Of a stretch of 64,000 bases of DNA, positions 48,299 to 61,485 are shown piece after piece. The first letter of the stretch is position 1. Each line of letters opens with the position of its first letter. The position numbers were made by a program, and so were the translations under genes. The DNA is taken from NCBI RefSeq assembly GCF_053078305.1, contig NZ_CP166879.1; one strand, written 5' to 3'. Below the pieces are notes generated by a model. The model was not told the DNA's origin and made no database searches. It saw nothing but the letters and a program-made list of their open reading frames with translations.

Positions 48299-49156
48299 AT
48301 GATTTATCCTGATGAAGCAATGCTTTACGCACCGGTTGAATGGCACGACTGCTCCGAAGGTTTCGAGGACATTCGTTATGAAAAATCCACCGACGGTATC
48401 GCAAAAATCACCATTAATCGTCCGCAGGTGCGCAATGCCTTCCGTCCTCTGACGGTAAAAGAGATGATCCAGGCGCTGGCAGATGCGCGTTATGACGACA
48501 ACATCGGCGTGATCATTCTGACTGGTGCAGGCGATAAAGCGTTCTGCTCCGGTGGTGACCAGAAAGTGCGTGGTGATTACGGCGGCTATAAAGATGATTC
48601 CGGCGTACATCACCTGAACGTGCTGGACTTCCAGCGTCAGATCCGTACCTGTCCGAAACCGGTTGTCGCGATGGTGGCTGGCTACTCCATCGGCGGTGGT
48701 CACGTTCTGCACATGATGTGCGACCTGACTATCGCGGCAGATAATGCCATCTTCGGTCAGACTGGCCCGAAAGTCGGTTCCTTCGACGGCGGCTGGGGCG
48801 CTTCCTACATGGCTCGCATCGTCGGGCAGAAAAAAGCGCGTGAAATCTGGTTCCTGTGCCGTCAGTACGACGCAAAACAGGCGCTGGATATGGGCCTTGT
48901 GAACACCGTGGTACCGCTGGCGGATCTGGAAAAAGAAACCGTCCGTTGGTGCCGCGAAATGCTGCAAAACAGCCCGATGGCGCTGCGCTGCCTGAAAGCT
49001 GCACTGAACGCCGACTGTGACGGTCAGGCAGGTCTGCAGGAGCTGGCGGGCAACGCCACCATGCTGTTCTACATGACGGAAGAAGGTCAGGAAGGTCGCA
49101 ACGCCTTCAACCAGAAACGTCAGCCTGACTTCAGCAAATTCAAACGGAATCCGTAA
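48299..49156 (+). CDS. menB: 1,4-dihydroxy-2-naphthoyl-CoA synthase MenB
   Basis: 285 aa crotonase-fold enzyme. Confidence 0.95.
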
Positions 49157-50118
49157 TGCGTAGCGCGCAGGTATACCGCTGGCAGATCCCCATGGACGCG
49201 GGGGTGGTTCTGCGCGACAGGCGGTTAAAAACCCGCGACGGGCTGTATGTTTGCCTGCGTGAAGGCGAGCGCGAAGGGTGGGGGGAGATCTCCCCACTGC
49301 CGGGCTTCAGTCAGGAAACCTGGGAAGAGGCGCAAAGTGTGCTGCTTGCCTGGGTAAATAACTGGCTGGCAGGCGATTGCGAGCTACCGCAGATGCCTTC
49401 CGTGGCCTTTGGCGTAAGTTGTGCATTGGCGGAGCTGGCAGATACGCTCCCGCAGGCGGCCAATTACCGTACGGCACCACTGTGTAATGGCGATCCGGAC
49501 GATCTGATCCTCAAACTTGCAGATATGCCAGGCGAGAAAGTGGCGAAGGTCAAAGTGGGATTGTACGAAGCGGTGCGCGACGGCATGGTGGTGAATCTGT
49601 TGCTGGAGGCAATTCCGGATCTGCATTTGCGTCTTGACGCAAATCGCGCCTGGACACCGCTGAAAGGTCAGCAGTTTGCCAAATATGTTAACCCGGATTA
49701 TCGCCACCGCATCGCGTTTCTCGAAGAGCCGTGCAAAACCCGCGATGATTCGCGAGCGTTTGCCCGTGAAACCGGCATTGCCATTGCCTGGGATGAAAGC
49801 TTGCGCGAGCCGGATTTTGCCTTTGTGGCTGAAGAGGGCGTGCGCGCGGTAGTTATCAAACCCACGCTCACGGGCAGTCTGGAGAAAGTTCGCGAGCAGG
49901 TACAGGCGGCGCACGCGCTGGGGCTGACGGCGGTGATCAGTTCTTCCATTGAATCGAGCTTAGGCTTAACGCAACTGGCGCGGATTGCTGCCTGGTTAAC
50001 GCCGGACACCATTCCAGGGCTGGACACGCTGGATCTGATGCAGGCGCAGCAGGTACGTCGCTGGCCGGGTAGCACGCTGCCTGTCGTGGAAGTTGATGCA
50101 CTGGAGCGGTTGTTATGA
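49156..50118 (+). CDS. menC: o-succinylbenzoate synthase MenC
   Basis: 320 aa enolase-superfamily protein; ATG overlaps menB stop. Confidence 0.9.
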   Translation: MRSAQVYRWQIPMDAGVVLRDRRLKTRDGLYVCLREGEREGWGEISPLPGFSQETWEEAQSVLLAWVNNWLAGDCELPQMPSVAFGVSCALAELADTLPQAANYRTAPLCNGDPDDLILKLADMPGEKVAKVKVGLYEAVRDGMVVNLLLEAIPDLHLRLDANRAWTPLKGQQFAKYVNPDYRHRIAFLEEPCKTRDDSRAFARETGIAIAWDESLREPDFAFVAEEGVRAVVIKPTLTGSLEKVREQVQAAHALGLTAVISSSIESSLGLTQLARIAAWLTPDTIPGLDTLDLMQAQQVRRWPGSTLPVVEVDALERLL

Positions 50119-51470
50119 TCTTCTCTGACTGGCCGTGGCGTCACTGGCGGCAAGTGCGGGGAGAAACCATCGCCTTACGTCTTAATGACGAGCAACTCAA
50201 CTGGCGCGAGCTTTGTGCTCGCGTCGATGAATTAGCCTCCGGCTTTGCGGCGCAGGGCGTTGTTGAGGGCAGCGGCGTGATGTTGCGGGCGTGGAATACG
50301 CCGCAAACGCTGCTCGCCTGGCTGGCGTTACTGCAATGCGGGGCGCGGGTGTTGCCCGTGAACCCTCAGCTGCCGCAACCGTTGCTTGAAGAATTGCTGC
50401 CCAATCTGACGCTGCAATTTGCGCTGGTGCCGGATGGGGAAAACACGTTTCCGGCGTTAACGTCGCTGCACATTCAGCTGGTTGAAGGCGCACATGCCGC
50501 TGCGTGGCAGCCGACGCGTCTGTGCTCAATGACGTTGACCTCGGGTTCTACCGGGTTGCCGAAAGCCGCTGTCCATACTTATCAGGCCCATCTTGCCAGT
50601 GCCGAAGGGGTGTTATCGTTGATTCCGTTTGGCGATCACGATGACTGGTTGCTCTCTTTGCCGTTGTTTCACGTCTCCGGTCAGGGAATTATGTGGCGCT
50701 GGTTATACGCTGGTGCGCGGATGACGGTGCGTGATAAACAGCCATTGGAGCAAATGCTGGCAGGCTGTACTCACGCTTCGCTGGTGCCAACACAACTCTG
50801 GCGTTTGCTGGTTAACCGCAGTTCCGTTTCCCTGAAAGCGGTGTTACTTGGCGGTGCGGCTATCCCGGTCGAGTTGACGGAACAGGCGCGCGAGCAGGGG
50901 ATTCGTTGCTTTTGCGGCTATGGTCTGACCGAGTTTGCCTCCACGGTGTGTGCGAAAGAAGCCGACGGCCTGGCAGACGTTGGTTCGCCGCTGCCGGGTC
51001 GGGAAGTGAAAATCGTTAATAATGAAGTGTGGCTGCGGGCTGCCAGTATGGCAGAAGGTTACTGGCGTAACGGGCAACTGGTTTCACTGGTTAATGACGA
51101 AGGCTGGTACGCTACGCGCGATCGCGGTGAGATGCATAATGGCAAGCTGACCATTGTCGGACGTTTAGACAATCTATTCTTCAGTGGCGGAGAGGGTATT
51201 CAGCCGGAAGAAGTCGAGCGCGTAATTGCTGCACATCCTGCGGTTTTGCAGGTGTTTATCGTCCCCGTTGCCGACAAGGAGTTTGGTCATCGACCGGTGG
51301 CGGTGATGGAGTATGACCACGAGAGCGTTGATCTTAGTGAATGGGTGAAAGATAAGCTGGCCCGTTTTCAGCAACCGGTGCGTTGGTTAACGTTGCCGCC
51401 TGAACTGAAAAACGGCGGTATTAAAATTTCACGTCAGGCGCTAAAAGAGTGGGTGCAACGTCAGCAATAA
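50115..51470 (+). CDS. menE: o-succinylbenzoate-CoA ligase MenE
   Basis: 451 aa adenylate-forming enzyme ([13 protein letters not shown]-binding motif). Confidence 0.9.
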   Translation: MIFSDWPWRHWRQVRGETIALRLNDEQLNWRELCARVDELASGFAAQGVVEGSGVMLRAWNTPQTLLAWLALLQCGARVLPVNPQLPQPLLEELLPNLTLQFALVPDGENTFPALTSLHIQLVEGAHAAAWQPTRLCSMTLTSGSTGLPKAAVHTYQAHLASAEGVLSLIPFGDHDDWLLSLPLFHVSGQGIMWRWLYAGARMTVRDKQPLEQMLAGCTHASLVPTQLWRLLVNRSSVSLKAVLLGGAAIPVELTEQAREQGIRCFCGYGLTEFASTVCAKEADGLADVGSPLPGREVKIVNNEVWLRAASMAEGYWRNGQLVSLVNDEGWYATRDRGEMHNGKLTIVGRLDNLFFSGGEGIQPEEVERVIAAHPAVLQVFIVPVADKEFGHRPVAVMEYDHESVDLSEWVKDKLARFQQPVRWLTLPPELKNGGIKISRQALKEWVQRQQ

Positions 51471-51579
51471 TTAACCCTCCGTTTCACTTCTCAGTTCTGC
51501 CATTCCATTGCCGTTGATAAAGAGTTTATCTGTTAATCTGTAAATTGATATGAAAACTCTTAGCAAACAGGATAATACA

Positions 51580-51846
51580 ATGGAATGGCTGGTCAAAAAA
51601 TCGTGCTGCAATAAACAAGATAACAGACATGTACTTATGCTCTGCGATGCTGGCGGCGCGATAAAAATGATCGCCGAAGTGAAGAGTGACTTCGCCGTGA
51701 AAGTGGGGGATTTACTCTCACCTTTGCAGAATGCGCTTTACTGTATTAATCGTGAAAAGCTGCATACGGTGAAAGTCCTCTCGGCAAGCAGTTATAGCCC
51801 CGATGAGTGGGAACGGCAGTGTACAGCGGCAGGGAAAACTCAGTAA
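51580..51846 (+). CDS. pmrD: Signal-transduction connector protein PmrD
   Basis: ORF in track starts at 51550; start placed at [10 protein letters not shown] (88 aa) by recall; synteny between menE and arn operon. Confidence 0.85.
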   Translation: MEWLVKKSCCNKQDNRHVLMLCDAGGAIKMIAEVKSDFAVKVGDLLSPLQNALYCINREKLHTVKVLSASSYSPDEWERQCTAAGKTQ

Positions 51847-52226
51847 CGTTGTTTTGTCGTGGGCAGGAAAATCAGCATCAACCCGCTCATAATACAGGCT
51901 ACTCCCAGTAGTGCTTTCAGCGAAAAAGTCCCTTCCCAGCCGGGAAGTACCATTGAAGAAATCCATACCAGCACATAACTCATACTGAGCAAGGCATAGG
52001 CTTTGCTTAGCGCAAGTTTATGTAGCGTTTTATACCAACAAAAAACGGAAAGCAGATAACCCAGCAGCCCGAGTAACAGTATCCGGGCATCCAGCCCAAA
52101 AGCTAACAGAGCCGCGATAAAATCCCATAAGTGCGTCATCGGCGGCAGATGACTCGCCGCAAAACCCAGGCTTAATTGCGCAACTGAGGCAATAATGACG
52201 CTGAATAATCCCCACATCAGGCCCAT
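51840..52226 (-). CDS. arnF: Undecaprenyl-phosphate-L-Ara4N flippase subunit ArnF
   Basis: Start placed at MGLMWGLF inside the longer ORF 51840..52508; 128-aa SMR-like membrane protein; ATG overlaps arnE stop (TAATG). Confidence 0.85.
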   Translation of the reverse strand: MGLMWGLFSVIIASVAQLSLGFAASHLPPMTHLWDFIAALLAFGLDARILLLGLLGYLLSVFCWYKTLHKLALSKAYALLSMSYVLVWISSMVLPGWEGTFSLKALLGVACIMSGLMLIFLPTTKQRY

Positions 52227-52561
52227 TACACCGTACTCCCGAGGATCACAATGCCACCAATAATGAACGCCACCCCACACCAGTGACGCGGCGATACCGG
52301 TTCGTGCCACAGTTTTACTGCAGCCAGCGTCACCCAGACAAAATTCAGACTTAACATCGGGTAGGCAATGCCTACCGGTACGTTCTGCAGGACCAGCAGC
52401 CAGAGCACCATGGCAAGACCAAGACAAGCCAGCGCCAGTCCCAGCCACAGCACGATATGTTTGCGCCGTTTGTTTATCGCCACAAAGCAGGTTGCCTGTT
52501 TCTGACACAACTGCCCGGCAACGCTAAGCAAGCTGGCAAAGACTAATGTTAGCCAGATCAT
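52226..52561 (-). CDS. arnE: Undecaprenyl-phosphate-L-Ara4N flippase subunit ArnE
   Basis: 111-aa SMR-like membrane protein; overlaps arnT stop. Confidence 0.9.
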
Positions 52562-54210
52562 TTGGGACGATACTGAATCAGCACCAGACGCTCCTGACGA
52601 TCGATGGCATCTGCGGGCGGAATGGCGAGACTGTTGATATCTTCATCGCGGTCAACCGAAAGCACGAGTGTAATAATCCCCTCCTGACGATGTTGATTAA
52701 GCCAGTTTGCGAACTCATCACCGCTGACAAATCTCCCTTTCGCATCCGGATAATTAAGGCCGTATTTCAACTCACCTGTCTGGCGATACATGATGATGTC
52801 ATCGCGTTGCAGGCTCCATGCCAGACCTGCGGCAACACCGACGCTATCAGTAAGAATATAGCGGCTTGGCTGAAGTGATTCTTGTGTCATCTCGACAAAA
52901 AATTGCGGATGTTTTCCTTCCATGACTCTGTCAGGAATTGAAAATCCTACCAGCAACGCCAGCCCCAGCGGGCAAAGCGCGGCAAAAGACCAGGTCTTTT
53001 CGACGTTTGTTAAGGTGTACCAGCCGAAAAATGCCCATAGCGAAAAAATCGACCAGGCACAAAAGACTTTATAGCTCTCGAAGGTTTGCCACACCGGCGT
53101 GTTCATTGGTCCCCAGGGGGAGACCACAAATGTGGCAATAATGCCAGTGACGCCAAAAGCGATGTTAATCCAGCCATTAATCCGCAGCGCCAGAGGATTA
53201 TTTTTTGCTGCCAGCAAAGCGTAATGCGCCATCAGCATTGCCAAAGGTGCAAAGCAAGAAAGAATATAGGTGGGCAATTTACCCTTAGCAACGGAGAAAA
53301 ACAGCAGCGGCATTATCGTCCAGCTCAACAAATAGACGGTTGCGGAATGCTTGCGGTTTTTCCAGCCTGTGTATAGTGCACCGGGGAGTAATCCCAGCCA
53401 CGGCAGGCTACCGGCAATGATGACCGGCACGTAGTACCAGAACGGAGCTCTATGTTGGGCATCATCCAGTGCAAAGCGTTGAATATGCTCAACCCAGAAA
53501 AAATAGTGCCAGAAGTCAGGCTCCCGCTGCGCTATCGCCAGTCCCCAGGGGAGAACCGTCAGTACGCAACTGATAACCGCCAGCCAGCCGTAAATAAAGA
53601 GATCTTTCCAGCGTTTTTGTGTCGCTACCCATGGCAGCACGCTTAATACCGGCACGGCAAGGGCGAGAAAACCTTTGGTCATCACCCCCATGCCGCAGGT
53701 GATTCCCAGCAGTAAAAATCCTGCGCTTTTGCCTTTCCACGTCTGTGCCTGCATTGCCAGCCAGAAGCTGCACATTCCCGCCACCAGCCAGAAGGCAATA
53801 AACGGATCGAGCACGGCATAAGTGCCGATGGCATAGACAATAAACAATGAGAGATAAATTACTGTGGCGAGTAGAGCCAGACGTTTATCGCGCCATAAGC
53901 GCAGAGTAAACCAGGTCACCAGCGCGGCAGTTAACAGGGTCGCAAAGATAACGCCTGCCCGCACACCAAAGTTATTCGCGCCAAATAGCCATTGCCCAAT
54001 GCTGTTAATCCAGTATCCGGCAATGGGTTTTTCGAAATAACGTAGCCCTAACAGATGGGGCACAATCCAGTCGCCGGATGCCAGCATTTCTCGACTGATT
54101 TCCGCATAACACGTTTCATCGGGTTGCCATAGCAGACGCGTGCTGATCGGTAACAGGTAATAGCAGGCAATAAACGCGAAGAGGCCGATAAGGTAACGTA
54201 CCGATTTCAT
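52558..54210 (-). CDS. arnT: Lipid A L-Ara4N transferase ArnT
   Basis: 550-aa polytopic glycosyltransferase (GT-C); operon position. Confidence 0.95.
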
Positions 54211-55100
54211 CAGCGACTACCCGCAATTTGTTGGCAACCCAGCCAGCCTTCACGTCCGGCAATATTTCCGCGAACAACTTGTCCGAGCGGCAACGTCTCT
54301 GATAACAGTTCGCTTAAAGGGCAAAATGTCACGCCTTCCTGAGCTGCGCGTTTGAGGAGATCCACAAAATTATGCTGATAAGCGCAGCCTTCAACTTCTG
54401 CATGAATGGTATAAACCGGCGTGCCTTTATCTCGCAGGATGCGGTTGAGTAACCAACCGTTAAAATCTTCTGCTTTCACATCCCGACCAATCACTTCATC
54501 CCAGGTGGGTAAGGTCACCGGAATTTGCGCAGTGCCAGGGTTTCCTGATTCGAGCAGTGGACGGAACGGCATGGCCCCACGACAATCGCTGTTGTAGCGC
54601 AAATGGAACGCTTCTTTTGCTTCGATCACCTGCTGGTCGGCACGCCAGCCCGCAGCGGCAGAACAGGTTACCGGTTGACCGATAATCTCTTCCAGAGTGC
54701 GAAGGCCGCGTGCAATATCGTCGATCATTGTTTGCCGATCCCAGTTACCGCTACGGGCTTGCCAGGCATGGTGATCCCAGGCGTGCAGGCCGACTTCGTG
54801 ATGTTTAGCCGCTTCACGAATGATATCGGCATTGGCATGACCAATCTCTTTACCTGGCCAGGCCGTACCTGCCAGTAAAATATCCCAGCCATAAAGCGAT
54901 GCCGCGTTTGAGCGCAGCATCTTCCACAAAAACTGTGGCTTCACCAGTCGCCAGAGATGACGGCCCATATTGTCCGGGCCGACGCTGAAAAAAATGCTGG
55001 CCTGAATATTATGCTTACTCAAGATTTCCAGCAGACGCGGCACGCCTTCACGGGTGCCACGAAAGGTATCGACATCAATGCGTAAGCCTACTTTGGTCAT
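54210..55100 (-). CDS. arnD: Undecaprenyl-phosphate-4-deoxy-4-formamido-L-arabinose deformylase ArnD
   Basis: 296-aa polysaccharide-deacetylase-fold protein; operon position. Confidence 0.95.
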   Translation of the reverse strand: MTKVGLRIDVDTFRGTREGVPRLLEILSKHNIQASIFFSVGPDNMGRHLWRLVKPQFLWKMLRSNAASLYGWDILLAGTAWPGKEIGHANADIIREAAKHHEVGLHAWDHHAWQARSGNWDRQTMIDDIARGLRTLEEIIGQPVTCSAAAGWRADQQVIEAKEAFHLRYNSDCRGAMPFRPLLESGNPGTAQIPVTLPTWDEVIGRDVKAEDFNGWLLNRILRDKGTPVYTIHAEVEGCAYQHNFVDLLKRAAQEGVTFCPLSELLSETLPLGQVVRGNIAGREGWLGCQQIAGSR

Positions 55101-57078
55101 GATGGTTTATCCGTAAGATCAACGGTGCGCAGGAAGAAATCCAGCGTTTCGTCGATGGTTTCCTGCATATCAATTTTCGGCTCCCAGTCCAGGCAGCGGT
55201 GGGCATTGCGGATGCTCGGTTTACGATGCTCTACGTCCTGATATCCTTTGCCGTAGTAGCTGCTACTTTCGACAACGCGAAAGCCCGCAAACGGTGGGAA
55301 ATGATGGCGCAGCGGATGTTTTTCGAAGCTCGCCAGCAGCATCTCGCCCAGTTCCTCAATGCTCGCTTCGTTCTCAGGATTGCCAATGTTGATAATTTCG
55401 CCGTCGCAGCGATTTCCCGCATTTTCGATAATGCGGTATAACGCCTCGATACCATCGCGAATATCAGTAAAGCAGCGTTTTTGTTTTCCGCCATCAATTA
55501 GCTTAATCGGTGAACCTTCTACCAGATTGAGAATGAGTTGCGTAATCGCGCGGGAGCTGCCAATTCGCGCTGCATTAAGGTTATCCAGTCGTGGTCCCAT
55601 CCAGTTAAACGGGCGGAAGAGGGTGAACTGTAAACCCTCTTTTTCGCCATAGGCCCAGATCACCCGATCAAGTAATTGTTTTGACACCGAATAAATCCAG
55701 CGTGGTTTATTCACCGGGCCGACGATTAAATTAGAATGGTCCTCATCGAAGTATTTATCGCTACACATTCCATAAACTTCTGAAGTTGATGGGAAGATGA
55801 TTCGCTTACGGTACTTCACGCAGTAGCGGATAATGCGCAGATTCTCTTCAAAATCGAGTTCAAATACGCGCAGCGGATTGCGGGTATATTCAATCGGCGT
55901 GGCTATCGCCACCAGCGGCAAGACGACATCACATTTTTTGACGTGATACTCAATCCATTCGGAATGAATACTGATATCGCCTTCGACAAAGTGAAAATGC
56001 GGATGATTCAGAAAACGGCTTATCGCATCGCTGCCAATATCCAGACCGTAAACTTCATAATGATCTTCGCGCAGCAGGCGTTCTGTCAGATGGTTGCCAA
56101 TAAAGCCATTCACCCCGAGGATGAGTACCCGGGTACGGCGTCGGGCGGCACAGGCAGGCTGGCTATTCAAGCGTGAACCTTGCACCAGGCCCAGCGTCTG
56201 CGCTAATTGCGAGCCCTGCATAGTAATGCCGTCGCCCGCCTGTCCGGTGACGATTTCCAGCGCGCCATCGCCACAGGCAATCAGCAGTGGCGCAACAGAA
56301 ATCACGCTCCCCGGCTGTGCTTTGCTGGCATGAGGATGAACACGCGACGACCAGACGGTGAATTTCTGATTGCCAACATAGCTGAAGGCACCCGGCCACG
56401 GATCGGCAACGGCACGTACCATGTTGTGCAGTACGGATGCCGGCTTATGCCATTCGATGAAACTGTCATCCGGCGTTCTGCGACCAAAACAGGTGGCTTC
56501 GTTTTCGCGCTGGGCGATTTCCAGAATATTACCGTGTTTAATGGCGGGTAATGTCTGTTCCAGTAGCTGGCGCGCGGCATGGCACAATTTATGATGCAGC
56601 GTAATAGCGATATCGTCTGGCGCAATGGCAACGCGCAGTTGCGCCACAATGGCCCCGGCATCGGCACGTTTTACCATTCGGTGCAATGTAACGCCAGTTT
56701 CTGTTTCACCGTTCACCAGCACCCAGTTCAGCGGCGCGCGACCACGATATTTTGGTAACAGCGAACCGTGCAGATTAAATGCACCTGCGGGAGCGAGCTG
56801 CAAAATCTCGTCGCAAATAAGATGGCGATAATAAAAAGAGAAAATCACCTCTGGTGAGAGTTGGGCAATGCGTTCCACCCACAGCGGATGATTAACGTTA
56901 TCCGGCGCATAAACCGGAATGCCTCTTTCCGCCGCCAGACGAGCCACCGAACCATAAAAGGCTTTTTCACCGGGATTATCGGTATGGGTAAAAATGGCGC
57001 TAATTTCGTAACCGGCAGCCAGCAGGGCTTCAATACCGAGGCATCCCATATCGTGGTAGGCAAAAACGACGGTTTTCA

Positions 57079-57079
<1 letters not shown>
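55097..57079 (-). CDS. arnA: Bifunctional UDP-GlcA decarboxylase / UDP-Ara4N formyltransferase ArnA
   Basis: 660 aa; N-terminal formyltransferase and C-terminal SDR domain ([10 protein letters not shown]). Confidence 0.95.
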
Positions 57080-58050
<971 letters not shown>

Positions 58051-59208
58051 TTATTGTCCTGCGAGTTGCTGAAGGGCTGTGATGACACGGTCGGCATCGG
58101 CGGTAGTCATATCCGGGAACAGCGGCAACGAACAGATGCGTTCGCTATTCCATTCGGTATTCGGTAACGACAGCGTGGGAAAACGCTCGCGATAATATTT
58201 TTGTGTGTGAGCGGCGCGGAAATGTAACCCGGTACCAATACCTCTTTCTTTTAACGCTTCCATCAACGCATTTCGACTGATACCACAACGTTGTTCATCG
58301 ACACGAATAATAAACAGATGCCAGGCGTGAACGTGCGACCAGGCGGGAAGGCTTAATGGCTGAAAGGGGAGAGCTGCCAGTGCTTGCTGATATTGCTGGG
58401 CAATTTCGCGCCGACGGGTGTTGAGGTGCTCTAATTTAGCTAACTGTGTCAGGGCAATCGCGGCGTTAATATCGGTCAGATTGTACTTATAGCCCGGTGT
58501 TAAGACTTCAGCCTGCGGTGCACGGCCCCAGGTTTGTCTGTCATAGGCATCGACACCCAGACCGTGAAATTTCAGCATCCGTAGCTGGCGGGCAAGATTT
58601 TCATTATCAGTAACAATCAGGCCACCTTCCGCACAGGTAATATTTTTGATGGCGTGAAACGAAAAAATAGCGGTACCTTTTGCGCCAATATGTCGCCCTT
58701 TGTAATACGTACCGACGGCATGGGCTGCATCTTCGATAACTGCGATGCCGTAACGTTCGCCAATGGCGCGAATGGCGTTAATATCTGCTGGCGCACCGGC
58801 ATAATGCACCGGAATGATGGCTTTAGTGCGTGGCGTAATGGCTGATTCGATCGCTTCAGGCGTGACCATCAGCGTATCGCGATCGACATCCACCATTACC
58901 GGCGTTGCACCCTGCAAGGAAATCATATTGAGGGTTGAAACCCAGGTCAGGGAAGGCGTAATCACTTCATCGCCCTTGCCAATTTCCAACGCCATTAGCG
59001 TGATATGCATTCCGGCGGTGGCTGAACTGACCGCGATGGCATGCTGATTTCCTGTCAACTGGCAAAAGGCTTGTTCAAGCGCCTGATTCTTCGGACCGGT
59101 TGTGATCCAACCGGATTCGAGAACCTCTTTAACTGCAGCGAGTTCCTCCACGCCCATTGCTGGTCGCGAAAAAGGCAAAAATTCTGACATTGCTTTTCCT
59201 TCCGCCAT
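58051..59208 (-). CDS. arnB: UDP-4-amino-4-deoxy-L-arabinose aminotransferase ArnB (start uncertain: 59190, 59208 or 59223)
   Basis: DegT/ArnB-type PLP aminotransferase; ORF in track 58051..59223. Confidence 0.9.
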   Translation of the reverse strand: MAEGKAMSEFLPFSRPAMGVEELAAVKEVLESGWITTGPKNQALEQAFCQLTGNQHAIAVSSATAGMHITLMALEIGKGDEVITPSLTWVSTLNMISLQGATPVMVDVDRDTLMVTPEAIESAITPRTKAIIPVHYAGAPADINAIRAIGERYGIAVIEDAAHAVGTYYKGRHIGAKGTAIFSFHAIKNITCAEGGLIVTDNENLARQLRMLKFHGLGVDAYDRQTWGRAPQAEVLTPGYKYNLTDINAAIALTQLAKLEHLNTRRREIAQQYQQALAALPFQPLSLPAWSHVHAWHLFIIRVDEQRCGISRNALMEALKERGIGTGLHFRAAHTQKYYRERFPTLSLPNTEWNSERICSLPLFPDMTTADADRVITALQQLAGQ

Positions 59209-59288
59209 TGAATACCTGTCCACTTATATTTTCTATAAAGAGTGTTGTGTATATTTTGCCATTTGGAGCGAAATTTTAAGGATAGAAT

Positions 59289-59305
59289 ATTAACTTAACC
59301 TTAAG
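59289..59305 (-). promoter_or_regulatory. Candidate PmrA (BasR) box upstream of arnB
   Basis: Minus strand reads CTTAAG-gttaa-GTTAAT, matching YTTAAK-N5-YTTAAK direct-repeat consensus in 11 of 12 positions; 81-97 bp upstream of arnB ATG. Confidence 0.5.
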
Positions 59306-59497
59306 AAACTAATATTAGACGTAAATATTGAAATTTTTATATTTTTTCTTATTTAGGCTTTGCATTTGGCAAAATTTTGAGGCATTTTGCCAGCATCGCA
59401 GGATTTTTAATATTACACCAACTGCTAATTATCGCCAGAAATGTCGCTCAATTTCACGGTAATTGTCTGGTTGCGCTTGTCTATAGGTGGAGTTTAC

Positions 59498-60100
59498 GTG
59501 TTAGCTTTTTGCCGCTCTTCGTTGAAGTCAAAAAAATATTTCATCATTTTACTGGCGCTCGCTGCAATTGCCGGACTGGGTACTCATGCCGCCTGGAGTA
59601 GCAATGGTTTGCCACGTATCGACAATAAAACACTGGCCAGACTGGCACAGCAGCACCCGGTTGTCGTTTTGTTTCGCCATGCTGAACGTTGCGATCGTTC
59701 AACCAATCAATGCTTGTCAGATAAAACAGGTATTACGGTCAAAGGTACCCAGGATGCCCGAGAACTGGGCAACGCTTTTAGTGCTGATATCCCTGATTTC
59801 GATCTCTATTCCAGTAATACCGTCCGGACCATTCAGTCGGCGACCTGGTTTTCAGCGGGTAAAAAATTGACGGTAGATAAACGACTTCTTCAGTGCGGTA
59901 ATGAGATTTATAGTGCAATTAAGGACTTACAAAGCAAAGCGCCTGATAAAAATATCGTTATTTTCACCCATAATCATTGCCTGACATATATTGCTAAAGA
60001 TAAGCGTGATGCGACATTTAAACCTGATTATCTGGATGGTTTAGTCATGCATGTGGAAAAAGGCAAAGTTTATCTGGATGGGGAATTCGTTAACCACTAA
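59498..60100 (+). CDS. ais: Lipopolysaccharide core heptose(II)-phosphate phosphatase Ais (GTG start)
   Basis: ORF 59441..60100; start placed at GTG (MLAFCRSS…) by recall; signal-like N-terminus, histidine-phosphatase RHAER motif; divergent from arnB. Confidence 0.85.
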   Translation: MLAFCRSSLKSKKYFIILLALAAIAGLGTHAAWSSNGLPRIDNKTLARLAQQHPVVVLFRHAERCDRSTNQCLSDKTGITVKGTQDARELGNAFSADIPDFDLYSSNTVRTIQSATWFSAGKKLTVDKRLLQCGNEIYSAIKDLQSKAPDKNIVIFTHNHCLTYIAKDKRDATFKPDYLDGLVMHVEKGKVYLDGEFVNH

Positions 60101-60138
60101 ATTTTCAATCTGACAGCCAGTGATGGCTGTCATCATTG

Positions 60139-60564
60139 TTACAGAAGACCTTTCAAACGTAACGTTTTTCGGGTGGCAACATTCAAATCATAATGCACCA
60201 GATCTTCAGGTTTTACCCACGCGTAGTCCTGAAACTCTTCGTTTATTTTCACTTCTCGGTTGGCAGAAACGCAGTCAAAAATCAGGTAAATCATATAAAT
60301 CTCTTCCTTGCGACCATCTGCATACGTCTTGGTGCGAATATCATCGCTGAAGGTCCACGGCTTGATTTCTGTCAAAAGCAGCTGTTCTCCCAGTTCTTCG
60401 CGAATTTCGCGGCGTAGTGCCTCTTCAATTCGTTCGTCGGGCTCCACGCCGCCACCCGAAAGCGCCCATTGACCGGGGAAAACGCCGCGATCGTCGGCCA
60501 TTTTACACAGCAAATAAGCACCATCATTTTGAATCAAAGGGCATACAATAGTCCGTTGTCGCAC
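60139..60564 (-). CDS. nudI: Nudix nucleoside triphosphatase NudI (GTG start; ORF in track extends to 60660)
   Basis: Nudix box [24 protein letters not shown]; start placed at VRQRTIV by recall of 141-aa protein. Confidence 0.85.
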   Translation of the reverse strand: MRQRTIVCPLIQNDGAYLLCKMADDRGVFPGQWALSGGGVEPDERIEEALRREIREELGEQLLLTEIKPWTFSDDIRTKTYADGRKEEIYMIYLIFDCVSANREVKINEEFQDYAWVKPEDLVHYDLNVATRKTLRLKGLL

Positions 60565-60843
60565 AGGGGTATTCCTTATAAATAAATAGAAACCATGAGA
60601 ATACGGTAACTCAGAAATATGTGAAAGTGACAGTAATCTCTTTTGCGATGATAACTGCACTTATTATTATTTTTGTGTGTATCGGTAAAGTGTGTTTATT
60701 TTTTTCGGCGTTTAATTATTTAAGAAGTATTTAGTTACAATAAGTGACTAGATCCCTTTTTTCGCTCATTGAATCCTCTGCGCCAGGCAGTACAATCCCG
60801 CAGCTTTGGGAATTTTGATTAATTGCTTGTGGGAAAGGGGATA

Positions 60844-61386
60844 ATGAAAAAAATTGCGCTAGCAGGTCTGGCCGGAATGCTGTTGGTTTCTGCATCGGTC
60901 AATGCAATGAGCATCAGCGGCCAGGCGGGTAAAGAATACACCAATATTGGTGTCGGTTTTGGGACTGAATCGACGGGCCTGGCTTTAAGCGGTAACTGGA
61001 CACATAACGACGACGACGGTGACGTCGCGGGCGTGGGGCTGGGGTTGAATCTGCCTCTCGGGCCGTTAATGGCGACCGTTGGCGGAAAAGGCGTTTACAC
61101 CAACCCGAATTACGGCGATGAAGGTTATGCCGCAGCGGTAGGAGGTGGTTTGCAGTGGAAAATTGGCAACAGCTTCCGTTTGTTTGGCGAGTATTACTAC
61201 TCTCCGGATTCACTCTCCAGCGGTATTAAAAGTTATGAGGAAGCGAATGCTGGCGCGCGTTACACCATTATGCGTCCAGTCAGTATTGAGGCGGGTTATC
61301 GCTACCTGAATCTGTCGGGTAAAGACGGTAACCGCGACAACGCCGTGGCTGACGGCCCGTATGTTGGGGTTAACGCCAGTTTCTGA
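60844..61386 (+). CDS. yfaZ: Outer-membrane protein YfaZ
   Basis: 180 aa with signal peptide (MKKIALAGLAGMLLVSASVNA) and C-terminal aromatic residue typical of OM beta-barrels. Confidence 0.85.
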   Translation: MKKIALAGLAGMLLVSASVNAMSISGQAGKEYTNIGVGFGTESTGLALSGNWTHNDDDGDVAGVGLGLNLPLGPLMATVGGKGVYTNPNYGDEGYAAAVGGGLQWKIGNSFRLFGEYYYSPDSLSSGIKSYEEANAGARYTIMRPVSIEAGYRYLNLSGKDGNRDNAVADGPYVGVNASF

Positions 61387-61485
61387 TCCCTTCCGGCGCG
61401 GCATTCTGTCGCGCCATTCAGTTTCTTACTACGCCTTATCTCCCTTTGCGTTATAGTGATTCGATAACAAAAGCAGGAGATAACC

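Noticed and set aside
51471-51579. Possible PhoP box upstream of pmrD (…gagtttatctgttaatctgtaaat…)
   Set aside because: Half-sites do not fit the (T/G)GTTTA-N5-(T/G)GTTTA consensus with correct spacing; too weak to call.
59377-59601. 74-aa ORF overlapping ais start
   Set aside because: Out-of-frame overlap with the ais 5' end inside the arnB/ais promoter region; likely spurious.
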